A stretch of DNA of 64,000 bases. Origin: a virus (taxonomy: Duplodnaviria > Caudoviricetes). The stretch's first letter is position 1. Each line of letters opens with the position of its first letter. The position numbers and the translations under genes were made by a program. Location of the stretch: positions 53,974 through 117,973 of the IMG/VR virus record IMGVR_UViG_3300028048_000086. One strand, given 5' to 3'. This document shows positions 8,045 through 18,269 of this stretch, piece by piece. Under the pieces are notes generated by a model. That model was given only the letters and a program-made list of their open reading frames with translations, searched no databases and was not told where the DNA came from.

Positions 8045-10981
8045 TCAGCTATTCGTCGTAATGGTGTCAACCATCTTGATCGAGTTGCTGACCTCGCGAA
8101 TTTCATAGATCGGGATGATCTGATAGTCGATCTCGATACGGTTGAACTTCATGAGGCTCGGATCCGTATTCATCGTGAAGTCGTACTTCTCGATGAGCTT
8201 GTTGACGATCTTATCAAGTTCGGACTTGATCGCCGTATTAAGAGCATTACGGTTCGCCTGATGATTTTCCTTACCGATGAACGGCTCAGCAGCAGCACGA
8301 ATGAGCTCTTCAACTGCACCGACGATACGGCTCGTGGAAAGGCGACGGTAAATCGACTCTGCCGGAGCCATCGTGATACCATCCGTAACGACGATACCCT
8401 TCGTGAACGAGTTCTTGAAGGTGACTGCACCGTAAGACGTGAGGCGACCAAGCTGAGTATTCGTCAGCGTGTAGCTCGGCGTCGGAATAGAAATCGTCTG
8501 GCCCGTGGAGCTCTGATCAAGCGGAAGCGTTGAAACCATCGCGGCATAACCAGCGGCACCGTTGGAGATGTACTGATAGTTCGTGCTGCCAACCGTGATC
8601 GGATACTGACCGAAGACAAGAGAAACGTTCTTGCCAATCGGATACGGCATCGAGTTTGAATCCAGCATGTTGTGGCCGACGCTCGTCTTCGCGTAGAGAT
8701 CAAAATCACGATCAACGATCGAAGAAACCTTCTTCGCGACAGAAGCGAGGCCGAGATTCGAAAGCGTTTTAACACCGATCACACCATGCGTCGGAGCCGT
8801 TTTGATTTCCGTATACGTGCAGTGCTGTGCAAGCTGACGAACAAAGTTGTCGCTCGTACGATACGGAATATAACGAGAGTAATCATACGTGAGCTGACGA
8901 TCTTCGAGAGAAACAACCTCTGCCGGAGTTCCCGGGGTCGTCGTGCTCGGACCGCCACCGACACCCGGAACCGTCGTGCCCGGAGTAGCGAATGCCTTCT
9001 TCGCGTTCTCAGCTTCCTCGACAAAATCATCTTTTTCGAGAGAGCCGTCATCCGTAAGAGACGTGATGAACAGGCGGCTGAAAACTGTATCCGCATTAAG
9101 ATCTTCTGCGATTTCATCAACCGTAGACGTGTCAAAGATGTTCGAACGAACGATGACATGATTGAGAACTCCGCCGAGGTTCGTAGCTGCGACTGTAAGA
9201 ATATCAGAAGTATCCGTAGCAGACAGCTTCGAGAACTCGCCCTGCGGAACCATCGAACCGCTTTCTTCTTTATATACGAAAACCATGCTCATGTCATCAC
9301 CAAGAGCGTACTCCTTGCCAGCAGAAAGCGTATCGGCAATAAGAGCACCCGTTGCGTCAGCTTTCATGAGCTTAGCATCGCCTGTCGCGTCGATGACGAT
9401 ATATTTCGTTCCATCAGCAACCGTGCCGGAAACATCATCAATCGACTTATCGCCAACGCGCTTCAGCTTTCCGCCGACACTGATAAGCGTACCGTTATCG
9501 TAATCATCGACTTCAGGATCTGACGGGAGTTCAGCGATGATCTTGCGGATATCATCCGTATCGACCTTATCCATCTTATCAGCGATGGAGTCTGCATCCG
9601 TGATCTTCTCGAACTTGATATCAAACTTGCGAGCAGCCTTCAGATCAGACTGAGCAACGTTTGCTTTGACGCGGATATCGCCGCCAAGGACGATTGCATC
9701 ATTCGCGGCTGCAACGCGGAACGAATTTGCTCTCGGAAGTTTGCCGTTGATGCTTTCATCCGCACTAGCGCAGGTAAGAACGCGATACTTTGCATTCGAG
9801 TCCTGAATGACCGAATAAATGCCATCCGTGATAGCAACAACATGATTCGAATCATCAGCTTCAGATTCCTTGATGCGCGGACGGAGCTCTTTGCCTTCGC
9901 TATCAACACGGCGAATCGCATGAGCCGTAATAGCGTAGCCCATGCCGAGACGCTGGTAAATATCGAACGGCGTCATGCTCGTTTCCTCGTAGTCAATGTC
10001 GTCCTTCGTGAAGACACGATCCGTGAGATCTGCCGTCTCGAGGAAATCCCAATCGTCAACCATGAGAACTCCGGCTTCACGAAGATCCTTACGCAGATCC
10101 GACATCTTATTGTCATAAATCGGGTAGGGGAGCGTGATATCCGTATTCTTAACGAGCTTGCGATAATACTTGTCATCGAAAGACGTATACGGCTTCATAT
10201 CATCGTTGGCGATATAGACGAACTTCGTCTTCGTCATGATGTTAGCCTTCGAGTTCGTGCTCGAACGGCCGATGAAGTAAGCGCCCGGATACATTGCGCC
10301 GATAGAAAGCTCGTAAGCTTCCGGCGTATTCGTAACGTCATTGCCATCCTTATCAACAATCAAGAGCTTCAGGACATTGTTGAAAGCATGATTGTTGAAA
10401 GCATTGACAAGATCGACGAGGCGGTCATTACGGGAGAGGCCGTTATCGAGAGCGAGCTTGATCGTATTCTTGATAACCGTCTTGTTGCCCGTAGCGACGC
10501 CGCGCTTTTTCTCGGCAATCGTTGCGCGTTCGATCGGCTTATAGAAAGAAATCTCTTCTAGGCCAGCGCGATCGTCATAGCGCATATAGCATTCCTTGCC
10601 GATGTTCGTAGGGAACATCGAGGAAAGACGGAGCTTGTACTTAGAATCAACTTTTAGATTGAAATCCTTGTACATGTCGATGCCGCCGATACGGCAAGCA
10701 TAAATCGTGCGGCAGCCGCGATCCCATGCATCCTGGATGCCCGCGACCAGCGTGACTTCTTGGCGCTTCTTGCTGTCATACGGCTGACCGAACATATAGA
10801 TAGCATGCTCGACGCTATAGACAGGAGTAAGCACGCCAACAGGGCCGTTGAACGCGGTTCCGATGATGATCTCAGAGTCGGTCGTGCCGAAGAGACTGGT
10901 GTCGTAACCGAAAGAGTAATCGGCTTCGACATGAGTAATTACACCCGGGAGTGTAATATCATCCTCGAAAATGTTACTCAT
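8045..10981 (-). CDS. tail sheath protein
   Basis: 978 aa; N-terminal LPGV..IIGTAFNGPVG and C-terminal DGITMA..RLSTSRIV..EPFIG..IIPIYEIREV sheath motifs; precedes the tube gene. Confidence 0.85.
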   Translation of the reverse strand: MSNIFEDDITLPGVITHVEADYSFGYDTSLFGTTDSEIIIGTAFNGPVGVLTPVYSVEHAIYMFGQPYDSKKRQEVTLVAGIQDAWDRGCRTIYACRIGGIDMYKDFNLKVDSKYKLRLSSMFPTNIGKECYMRYDDRAGLEEISFYKPIERATIAEKKRGVATGNKTVIKNTIKLALDNGLSRNDRLVDLVNAFNNHAFNNVLKLLIVDKDGNDVTNTPEAYELSIGAMYPGAYFIGRSSTNSKANIMTKTKFVYIANDDMKPYTSFDDKYYRKLVKNTDITLPYPIYDNKMSDLRKDLREAGVLMVDDWDFLETADLTDRVFTKDDIDYEETSMTPFDIYQRLGMGYAITAHAIRRVDSEGKELRPRIKESEADDSNHVVAITDGIYSVIQDSNAKYRVLTCASADESINGKLPRANSFRVAAANDAIVLGGDIRVKANVAQSDLKAARKFDIKFEKITDADSIADKMDKVDTDDIRKIIAELPSDPEVDDYDNGTLISVGGKLKRVGDKSIDDVSGTVADGTKYIVIDATGDAKLMKADATGALIADTLSAGKEYALGDDMSMVFVYKEESGSMVPQGEFSKLSATDTSDILTVAATNLGGVLNHVIVRSNIFDTSTVDEIAEDLNADTVFSRLFITSLTDDGSLEKDDFVEEAENAKKAFATPGTTVPGVGGGPSTTTPGTPAEVVSLEDRQLTYDYSRYIPYRTSDNFVRQLAQHCTYTEIKTAPTHGVIGVKTLSNLGLASVAKKVSSIVDRDFDLYAKTSVGHNMLDSNSMPYPIGKNVSLVFGQYPITVGSTNYQYISNGAAGYAAMVSTLPLDQSSTGQTISIPTPSYTLTNTQLGRLTSYGAVTFKNSFTKGIVVTDGITMAPAESIYRRLSTSRIVGAVEELIRAAAEPFIGKENHQANRNALNTAIKSELDKIVNKLIEKYDFTMNTDPSLMKFNRIEIDYQIIPIYEIREVSNSIKMVDTITTNS

Positions 10982-11012
10982 GTAAATTTTTCCTCCTCTA
11001 AATTTTTCTTAT

Positions 11013-11678
11013 TTAGCGAATGGCCATGTCTCCGATCTTAGCGTTGAATCTCGTAAACAGCTTTTCGATAGACAAGGCATATTGGAGACTCCGGATGGAG
11101 CATTTCTGTCGATACATGTCTAGGTTGCTGTCGGTAATCCTCCGAGAAAAACGGATTTCCTTTACCCCATTTCGCTTAAAATAAGCGGTATAGCTGAAAA
11201 TGATGTCTTCAAACTTCTTCATTACCTCGGTTACGGATTCATAACCTTCGGCAAAGATATCAAACTGAACGATGCAGTCAAAAACTTGCCCCCACACTTC
11301 ATGGGGACCAGTTAAGGCTTCAGATTCGTCTTCCACCGTCGCAGAAACGTCATCTTGACGGATGCGAGGTTTTAGCTCTTTTGAAGGGTGGCTATCAAGA
11401 AGTTTGAAGAATATATATGGATGATCGATCTTCTCTACCTGATCAGCAGAATAGCGAATACCTTCATCTGGCTTGAATTCCACCTTCTGCTTTTTCATTA
11501 CCTTAGAACAAATCTTTGACAACATCGAAATAAAATCATCAAAATCTGCACTACGTTCTGCAACAAAGCGCTCAGGAAGGTCTTTTTCAGGCAGGCTCGT
11601 TGCAATATTCTCTTTTAGCTGCCGCTTTTTCTCTAAGAATTCAGCCAAAACAGAATCCGTAGAAATTGACGTTGACAT
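11013..11678 (-). CDS. tail completion/terminator-like protein
   Basis: ATG at 11678 overlaps the upstream stop (TAATG); VQFDIFA..FEDIIF pattern; directly before the sheath. Confidence 0.5.
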   Translation of the reverse strand: MSTSISTDSVLAEFLEKKRQLKENIATSLPEKDLPERFVAERSADFDDFISMLSKICSKVMKKQKVEFKPDEGIRYSADQVEKIDHPYIFFKLLDSHPSKELKPRIRQDDVSATVEDESEALTGPHEVWGQVFDCIVQFDIFAEGYESVTEVMKKFEDIIFSYTAYFKRNGVKEIRFSRRITDSNLDMYRQKCSIRSLQYALSIEKLFTRFNAKIGDMAIR

Positions 11679-12691
11679 TATACTTTCGCCTCCACGCTGA
11701 GAGAGCAAAGATCCAAGCAATTCGCCGGCTGAACTCTTAAGCGAGCTAGCATAACAACTGTGCCGGGAACATCTCGATAAGTTTCGATACTGTCTATCAG
11801 ATATTGCTTGATGATTTTTCTCTCTTTGATCTTATCAAGATACTTTACAAGAGCTTGATTGAAGAGCATCTTCTGATAAGATGAATACATGCGCCCGCGA
11901 AATTGCTCGAACGACATACCTCTCTTGAGATATTTCATGATGCGGTCAATAAAAACGACTTTCTCGGGGCTCCATTCTCTCTCGCAATTCAATAGATTTT
12001 CAACGGTCGTTTCTCTTGTCGGTTCTGAACGATAATACGCCATATCAAAATCACAATCCCAGCGATCTATACGAAAAATAGATTTCCCATATAGTTTCGA
12101 TACTGGATACTCGTTGATTTCAGAAACGCAGAGCATCGCCGCCAAAGGAATATTTGCCATGAGGTGATCTTTTAGATTGTTCGCTACGAAGATCAGATTT
12201 CTCAAGTTCGCTCTTTCTGAGCAGCATTCCTTGAACTTCGTAACGATCTTCCTCATATCTTTCAAAAAAGAATCTACGTCTTCATAGAGAGAAGCGTGCT
12301 TATCCGTTACGACAATCGTAGAGTCGCTGTCACGGCCAATGCTTCCCAAGATATAAGCAAAAAAATTATGTTCCTGACCGCCATCCCGGATATTCTGGAA
12401 TGTATCAGATAAGAGAAGAGAAGCGAAGACGATATAACTGAAATCATTCTGCTGGATAACATCAAAGATTTCTAAATAATCTTGACTATCTTGAAGATTC
12501 ATCAAGAAAATATACGGGGCCCCGAAATCCTGAGCTTCTTTGAAAGCTCTTGTCAGATCTGAGTCACCATATTGTTTTAGAACTTCATCATAGTCCTCGG
12601 AATATACGATTTCTTTCCGGGCAAAATTCGAGGCGGCGCGGCCGATAATCAGCATATTTCTGTTTTTATCAACATACAGTTCATCAGCCAT
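11678..12691 (-). CDS. short sheath-like protein
   Basis: 337 aa; LIIGRA..YGDSDLTRAF N-terminus and a sheath-like C-terminus (FRGRMY..YLDKIK..LRVQP). Confidence 0.5.
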   Translation of the reverse strand: MADELYVDKNRNMLIIGRAASNFARKEIVYSEDYDEVLKQYGDSDLTRAFKEAQDFGAPYIFLMNLQDSQDYLEIFDVIQQNDFSYIVFASLLLSDTFQNIRDGGQEHNFFAYILGSIGRDSDSTIVVTDKHASLYEDVDSFLKDMRKIVTKFKECCSERANLRNLIFVANNLKDHLMANIPLAAMLCVSEINEYPVSKLYGKSIFRIDRWDCDFDMAYYRSEPTRETTVENLLNCEREWSPEKVVFIDRIMKYLKRGMSFEQFRGRMYSSYQKMLFNQALVKYLDKIKERKIIKQYLIDSIETYRDVPGTVVMLARLRVQPANCLDLCSLSVEAKV

Positions 12692-13148
12692 TATATCCCG
12701 CCTTCTCCAGAACTTTGATCATAAGCTTCTTCAACAAGTTCGTGTCATACTTATATGGAACAGTCTCAATGCGATAATATACCGATGACTGGCTGTCACT
12801 ATGCTCGTAGTAGACATCTTTTACGACATCGAAGTCTTCTCCGTCGTTGATAATATCTCCGACTTTGATTCCTGTATCTGTATTCGTATAATAAACATTT
12901 ACGATGTCGATTTCAGAAAAGCCCATGCCAGTACCGCGCATGGAAATACGATTATTCTGATGCGCGGCGTTTACTCGGTTCAGCGTGATGCGGTATCCCG
13001 TACCAAAGCAAATCGGACAGTTTTTATCTGCTTGCTTCGATATTTCTTTCCGACATGGGCACTCGTAAGATAAGTCTCTTACGATGAACCAGACAGGATG
13101 AGAAAACAAGTCTACGACTTTCCTTACGGCATTGTCTAAGTTCTTCAT
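12684..13148 (-). CDS. head-tail joining/closure protein with zinc-finger insertion
   Basis: CPC..CPICFGTG motif; position in the neck region. Confidence 0.55.
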   Translation of the reverse strand: MKNLDNAVRKVVDLFSHPVWFIVRDLSYECPCRKEISKQADKNCPICFGTGYRITLNRVNAAHQNNRISMRGTGMGFSEIDIVNVYYTNTDTGIKVGDIINDGEDFDVVKDVYYEHSDSQSSVYYRIETVPYKYDTNLLKKLMIKVLEKAGYNG

Positions 13149-13154
13149 ACGTTA

Positions 13155-13808
13155 TCAGCTCCACTGCGGCATGCCGCGACTGATATCCTGGAGGATCGTA
13201 TCCACCGTCGTCCAAGCAACCTCGGAATTCTGACTGCTCTTGAGGCCCATACGCGTAGCTTTTGGCTTGACGCGCCCTTCGTTGAAATAGCCGCGAATCG
13301 CATCTTGCCATTTCTGAAGAGCTTTTCCGAGTCGATTCAAGAGCTCCTTGAATGCCGTGCTATTGAGAGAATCCTGATAGGTAGCTGTATCCAACGTATA
13401 CGTAGAACCGCCGCCACTATAAGCACGATCCATGAACGCTCTCGTTAGACAATCATACGTAGCCTTCGTTCTCACGAATTCCTGTGTTGCGTAATCGTCA
13501 GCTTTCGCTGTACCTCCAGCGATATAATCAGCTTCTCTTGAAGCCTGCCGTATATACATCAAGAGGTTCTCATCAGGAATTCCGAAAGTATCTACGACAA
13601 GTCTCAGAGATTCCAGCGTACAGTACATCGGAGAATACGGCGTTTGATAAGATACCGTAACCGGCGGCATTTCCACGCCAGTAGAATCTTTTAGCCCAGA
13701 TACTGTCACCGTATAAAGATAGTTGTCTTTGATCTCCTTCGGAGTAATTGTCAGTGTTTTGCTGTCTTCACTTAGCTCGAAAGTTGATTCAATTGTTTCT
13801 GTCATCAA
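13155..13808 (-). CDS. head-tail adaptor-like protein with N-terminal Ig-like domain
   Basis: KTLTITP..YTVTVSGLKD Ig-like motif followed by a helical adaptor-like region. Confidence 0.5.
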   Translation of the reverse strand: MMTETIESTFELSEDSKTLTITPKEIKDNYLYTVTVSGLKDSTGVEMPPVTVSYQTPYSPMYCTLESLRLVVDTFGIPDENLLMYIRQASREADYIAGGTAKADDYATQEFVRTKATYDCLTRAFMDRAYSGGGSTYTLDTATYQDSLNSTAFKELLNRLGKALQKWQDAIRGYFNEGRVKPKATRMGLKSSQNSEVAWTTVDTILQDISRGMPQWS

Positions 13809-14650
13809 ATCGCCTTCCTTTTTACGGTTACGACAGCATCGGTAATATCGATTGGCTGATCAAACTCTAACGTGAATACAGTAGGAGTTTCTTCTTCGTA
13901 CTTAATATAGGATTCTCCCGTATATTGTGGGAGTGTCGATGGAGTCGGATCCGTTGCTTCAGGCTCTTCTGGCTTTGATACATGATCGATAATCGTAGGT
14001 TCCGGGTCTGGCTGCGGATTCGGGACTTTCTTATCCGCTTCCGGATCTTTATAAGTAAAAGTAGCTGTTCTTGACCATGAACCGTTATCTTCGCTGCTAA
14101 TTGCACGAATACGAATATAGTACTGGCCATAATCTTTAAGAGCGGGAACTTTATACTGCGCAATTTCATTCGTACTCGGAACTGTTGCGTGATATACGAT
14201 ATTTCCGAATGCATTATCTCCGGCGATTTCTAGCTCATACATGTGTTCCAGCTTTTCACCGGATTCATGCCAGCGGATAAAAATATCACCATCGACAACT
14301 TCGAAATCCTTCGGTGATACAATCTCGACATCAGACACGACACTTCCGTTGAAAGTAACCGTAAGCCCTTTTACCGGCTCAAATGGCTCATCCGTAATCG
14401 TCTTGAGTTCATTCGTGATATTGAGATAGTATTTTTCGTTTGGACGAATATCTGATTTTATCGTAACGATGATTTTCTTTTCGTCTACTTCATAAGATAA
14501 CGGTACAATGCCTTGTGTCTTATGATGAAGAAGATAAATCGTATCACCATTTACGGTATCTTCATCGACATCGAGAGAGAAAGAAAGCTCGATAGACTTC
14601 TTTTTTAGATCTGAAACAGCTGATAAAAGCTGTGCTACATATTCAGCCAT
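13805..14650 (-). CDS. Ig-like/Fn3-domain virion protein
   Basis: IELSFSLDVD..YYLNI and W..YELEI..YYIRIRA..WS motifs; Pro-rich linker. Confidence 0.65.
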   Translation of the reverse strand: MAEYVAQLLSAVSDLKKKSIELSFSLDVDEDTVNGDTIYLLHHKTQGIVPLSYEVDEKKIIVTIKSDIRPNEKYYLNITNELKTITDEPFEPVKGLTVTFNGSVVSDVEIVSPKDFEVVDGDIFIRWHESGEKLEHMYELEIAGDNAFGNIVYHATVPSTNEIAQYKVPALKDYGQYYIRIRAISSEDNGSWSRTATFTYKDPEADKKVPNPQPDPEPTIIDHVSKPEEPEATDPTPSTLPQYTGESYIKYEEETPTVFTLEFDQPIDITDAVVTVKRKAI

Positions 14651-14666
14651 TCTAGATTATCCTCTC

Positions 14667-15227
14667 TTACTTGGAGTTTTTACGGGGGCGGCCGCGACGC
14701 TTTTTCCCCGGCTGAGCGTCAGCGTTGTCATCAGATTCTTCCGCGTCATCATTGGATTCTTCCTCAGATTCTTCCTCAGAAGACTCTTCAGACTTTGCCT
14801 CTTCTGCCGGAGCTTCTTCAGCTTTTTCTTCTTCGACAAAAGCCTCTTCTTTTTCAGGTTCTTCTGCCTTAATTTCTTCAGCCTTCGGTTCTTCCTTCAG
14901 TTCTTCCGGTTTTTCTTCAGCATTCTTGACTGGAATGCTGATAGCTTCTGCGTAGACAGGCTTCATTTCCTCAGCGGCATTGCTCATGACACGATATGTG
15001 CCATCGCCTTTCGGGACAAGTTTCAGAGGCGGAACGTCAGCACCGAGCGTACCTTCTTCCAGGCGAATAACACCAGCCTTCACGTTGCGACGAAGGGATG
15101 CACAGTTTGTGCCAGCATAAATCGTAGCCTTCGGACGACCGACCGTCAGATGAACACGAGAAAGAGGGTCATAAAAACCGGCACGACCCGGAGCGAGTCT
15201 AACAGTAGCAATAGCTTTTCTTTCCAT
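14667..15227 (-). CDS. hypothetical protein with acidic tail and C-terminal AT-hook
   Basis: E/S/D-rich tail ending KKRRGRPRK. Confidence 0.6.
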   Translation of the reverse strand: MERKAIATVRLAPGRAGFYDPLSRVHLTVGRPKATIYAGTNCASLRRNVKAGVIRLEEGTLGADVPPLKLVPKGDGTYRVMSNAAEEMKPVYAEAISIPVKNAEEKPEELKEEPKAEEIKAEEPEKEEAFVEEEKAEEAPAEEAKSEESSEEESEEESNDDAEESDDNADAQPGKKRRGRPRKNSK

Positions 15228-15262
15228 GATTTAAAGTCTCCTTCTTGAAGAGTATACACGAT

Positions 15263-15306
15263 AAAAATAGAGGCAGCCTCTATATAGAAGCCGCCTCTAC
15301 TATTTT
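15263..15306 (-). terminator. terminator after major capsid gene
   Basis: TAGAGGC..GCCTCTA stem flanked by A and T runs. Confidence 0.65.
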
Positions 15307-15309
15307 CTA

Positions 15310-16566
15310 TCAGGGTTTCTCGACTGCGGCGCTGAGGTTCGTATCCACCGTAACTTTCGGGGGAACCGGATACGTCGGAGCAACCGCGATATTGCGTGCG
15401 ACCGTGATGCCGCGACCATTATCGAGAATGCCGACGCCGTATCTCTCCTTGCACTTGAGGAGACGCAGGTCGCGTTCCGGATCCTGCCAATTATCCGTCG
15501 TAAGAGCTTCCTTCTCAGCGATAACGCCGACGTTCTCACGATTCAGGCAGTACATATCAAAACGCTTCTGCTGCTTGTCGAAACGGACGAACGGGGAGAA
15601 GTTCACAGTGAGCGGCATCGGGAGACGACCCTGCACCTGCTCCGGGCGCATGATGAACTTCTGTGGGCCTTCCTCGGAAGAGAGACCAGCAAAGCCCGGC
15701 GTACCCTGCGTAGCACCCCACGGATGAACCTGCGAGCCGCCGAAAGCGCCATACGTAAGACCGTTACCGATCATGCTATTACGAGCGAAGATAACCCACG
15801 TGAGCGGATGCATGATGATATCCGTCGGCGTCTGATCATTCGCCATGAGAGCAAGAACGAGATCGAGGAAATCTTCAACGCTGAGCGTATCATTGAAGTT
15901 GCCATGTTCATCGCGGCCTGTCGTGCCGGATTCAGGAAGCTGTGCGCGCGTAGCGTTATCGAAAACGATCGTGCCATGCTTCGAGAACGTGTTAAAGCAC
16001 CATTCTTCTTTATAACGAGCCATTGCGCGGCCCATCTTACGAACGTTGATGCCGAAGATATCCCAAGAAGAGTCCGTGATCGCTTCTTCCGTGATCTTGA
16101 CCTTCATGCCGATCTTCTTAACACGAATCTCGAGCTGACCGTTCTCGACCGTGTTGAAGTCGACATAATCTTCGTTGTAACGTCCGCCTTCGGAAACTTC
16201 ACTTGCATGGAGTTCGCCAACAACCGGAATGACGTAAGTGACGGAAGCACCGCCGTCGACATGGACGATATTCATGAAGCGCGTAGCCAGATACTCCGGC
16301 TCAGCAGCTTCGCGGAGCTCGCCTTCGATGACCTTCGGGATCATCTGAATCACGTCCGTAGACGTGAGAGCTTCCTGAACCGTTGAGCGGCCCTTCGAAT
16401 AGTCGCCTTCAATATTCAGGACCATCTTTTCCATTAGGTCGAACGTCTTCGAATCCACGTTCGGAGCCTGCTTGGAACGGCCCTCCTTGAAATCGAGCTC
16501 TGCCTTTTTGGCCTTCTGACGGAGGCTGTCGATACTTTGCAGAGTCTCTGCCAATCTAATAGACAT
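15310..16566 (-). CDS. major capsid protein (HK97 fold)
   Basis: 418 aa; IPKVI..KIGMKVKITEEAITDS..IIMHP..ERYGVG pattern; strongly biased codons; position. Confidence 0.9.
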   Translation of the reverse strand: MSIRLAETLQSIDSLRQKAKKAELDFKEGRSKQAPNVDSKTFDLMEKMVLNIEGDYSKGRSTVQEALTSTDVIQMIPKVIEGELREAAEPEYLATRFMNIVHVDGGASVTYVIPVVGELHASEVSEGGRYNEDYVDFNTVENGQLEIRVKKIGMKVKITEEAITDSSWDIFGINVRKMGRAMARYKEEWCFNTFSKHGTIVFDNATRAQLPESGTTGRDEHGNFNDTLSVEDFLDLVLALMANDQTPTDIIMHPLTWVIFARNSMIGNGLTYGAFGGSQVHPWGATQGTPGFAGLSSEEGPQKFIMRPEQVQGRLPMPLTVNFSPFVRFDKQQKRFDMYCLNRENVGVIAEKEALTTDNWQDPERDLRLLKCKERYGVGILDNGRGITVARNIAVAPTYPVPPKVTVDTNLSAAVEKP

Positions 16567-16602
16567 CTATGAGTGTCCTCCCTTATATCGATTTATACTC
16601 TC

Positions 16603-18252
16603 TTACTTGTTCAGCAGGATCTTGACCGAGCCGACGCAGCCGTCCCAATCCATGAACGTCGGAACGCCGCTCATGCCGCGCTTTGCGTAACTGAGAACGA
16701 CTTCGACGCCATCCGTCTTATCTTTCAGGAGAGCATCAGCCTTTGCCTTATCAGCAACTTCGATCGTGATGATGCCCTGCTCCGGAGAAGCATACGTGAC
16801 CTTGAAAGTGCCATCGTTGAGAAGGGCACCCTGCACGCAGTTCGTCTTTGCCACACCATCGATTGAGATCTGGAGATCTTCGACGTTGACTTCGAGATTA
16901 CGAAAGTACATCGGGACATAGTCCTTACCGCCAGCATAATGAATCTTGCCAGCCTTGAAGTCCGGCTTCTGAACCTTGACAGCGTTATAACCATCCGTGA
17001 GGCCCGGGATGCCGAGATCGTTATACTGGAATTCCGGATTCATACGCGGATCATACGTATCGAGACGAGACGTCGATGCGAGCATATGGAGATCGTGGTT
17101 GAGGTAGTTCTTGTCATACGGATAGCCCGGATACTCGCCCGAGGAATTGAACGGGGAAGTATTGACGGCATCTTCACCGTGACGATTCGTCTTCGCATAG
17201 ACTGCCGGATTGAATTCATCGCTCTTGAGACGATCTTCGAGAGCCCAAGTAGCCCACTTTGCAGCGCCTTCCGGAACGAGGTTGTGATTCACACTGTAAA
17301 TCTGGCCGATTTCCTGCTGACGCTCAAGCTCATACTCAGCGAGGCTCATCGTAGCGACAATTTTCGGGAACGAGAGCGGGGAGAGCGTGATACGACCATT
17401 TTCATCGGACTTGACGCGAGCACCCGGGAAGAGAGCACCGTAAGCGCTACCCCAGAGGTTCTTCTCAGCCTTATCCTTAAAAGCGAACCAAGGCATCTCG
17501 ACGAGAGCATCTGTGAGGAACGGGCCAGGCATGATGCCGTTGTAAGCATCCTCGTCACGCGTATACTCATTGCGCTCTAGCATGCCAATCGGATGGTTGC
17601 CTGCGCGAACTGCGTTCGTTTCAACGCCATCCTTGTCAACGATTTTGCCCGTCGTAGCGCTGATCGTGTAACCAGCATCAGCAAGCTGATCTGCCGGAGC
17701 CTTGAACGCAACCGTAGCACCGCCGGAAGCGCCCGCAGCTGCCTCGGCGAACGGACGATAGCACGTATCAGAATAAGCGCTAGCGAGACCAGCAAGCGGC
17801 GTCCACTCTTTGCCGACGTGATTTGCCTGCTGATCCTGAGCCTCTGCCGAAACAATCGCATCAGCTTTACCAGCGAAGTTCGGATACTTGTCGCCCGTCT
17901 GGCGGAGGCGAACCGGAACGCCGCCATTTGCGAGCGTCACCGTGTTGAACTGTTTATCGCTTTCGAAATCGACGAGATCCATGTTCGGATCTGTCGCGAC
18001 GATACGGCCTTTCGGAATAACGACTTGGTTGAAGCCGTGAGCGAAACCGTACTTGAAGAGCGTCGGAAGACGATAGTCGAACAGATACTTGATGTTCGGG
18101 ACATCATGCTCCGACGTATTCAGAAAGTTGTTCGTGCGATTGACGCGATCAGCGTCATCGCGGTAGCCAGGGAGATTTGCCTGGAAAACTTCACCACGCG
18201 CACCCGGCTGCAGGCGCTCATTCGTAGTGTAATCATTAGGTTGCAAAGCCAT
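16603..18252 (-). CDS. capsid-associated structural protein (decoration-like)
   Basis: 549 aa between protease and capsid genes, VVIPKGRIV motif, codon bias of a highly expressed gene. Confidence 0.55.
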   Translation of the reverse strand: MALQPNDYTTNERLQPGARGEVFQANLPGYRDDADRVNRTNNFLNTSEHDVPNIKYLFDYRLPTLFKYGFAHGFNQVVIPKGRIVATDPNMDLVDFESDKQFNTVTLANGGVPVRLRQTGDKYPNFAGKADAIVSAEAQDQQANHVGKEWTPLAGLASAYSDTCYRPFAEAAAGASGGATVAFKAPADQLADAGYTISATTGKIVDKDGVETNAVRAGNHPIGMLERNEYTRDEDAYNGIMPGPFLTDALVEMPWFAFKDKAEKNLWGSAYGALFPGARVKSDENGRITLSPLSFPKIVATMSLAEYELERQQEIGQIYSVNHNLVPEGAAKWATWALEDRLKSDEFNPAVYAKTNRHGEDAVNTSPFNSSGEYPGYPYDKNYLNHDLHMLASTSRLDTYDPRMNPEFQYNDLGIPGLTDGYNAVKVQKPDFKAGKIHYAGGKDYVPMYFRNLEVNVEDLQISIDGVAKTNCVQGALLNDGTFKVTYASPEQGIITIEVADKAKADALLKDKTDGVEVVLSYAKRGMSGVPTFMDWDGCVGSVKILLNK

Positions 18253-18269
18253 GAAATAATTTCCTCCTC

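Noticed and set aside
7681-8106. Track ORFs 7681..7863 and 7903..8106
   Set aside because: They overlap intron 1 and tube exon 1 on another strand or frame and are explained by those features
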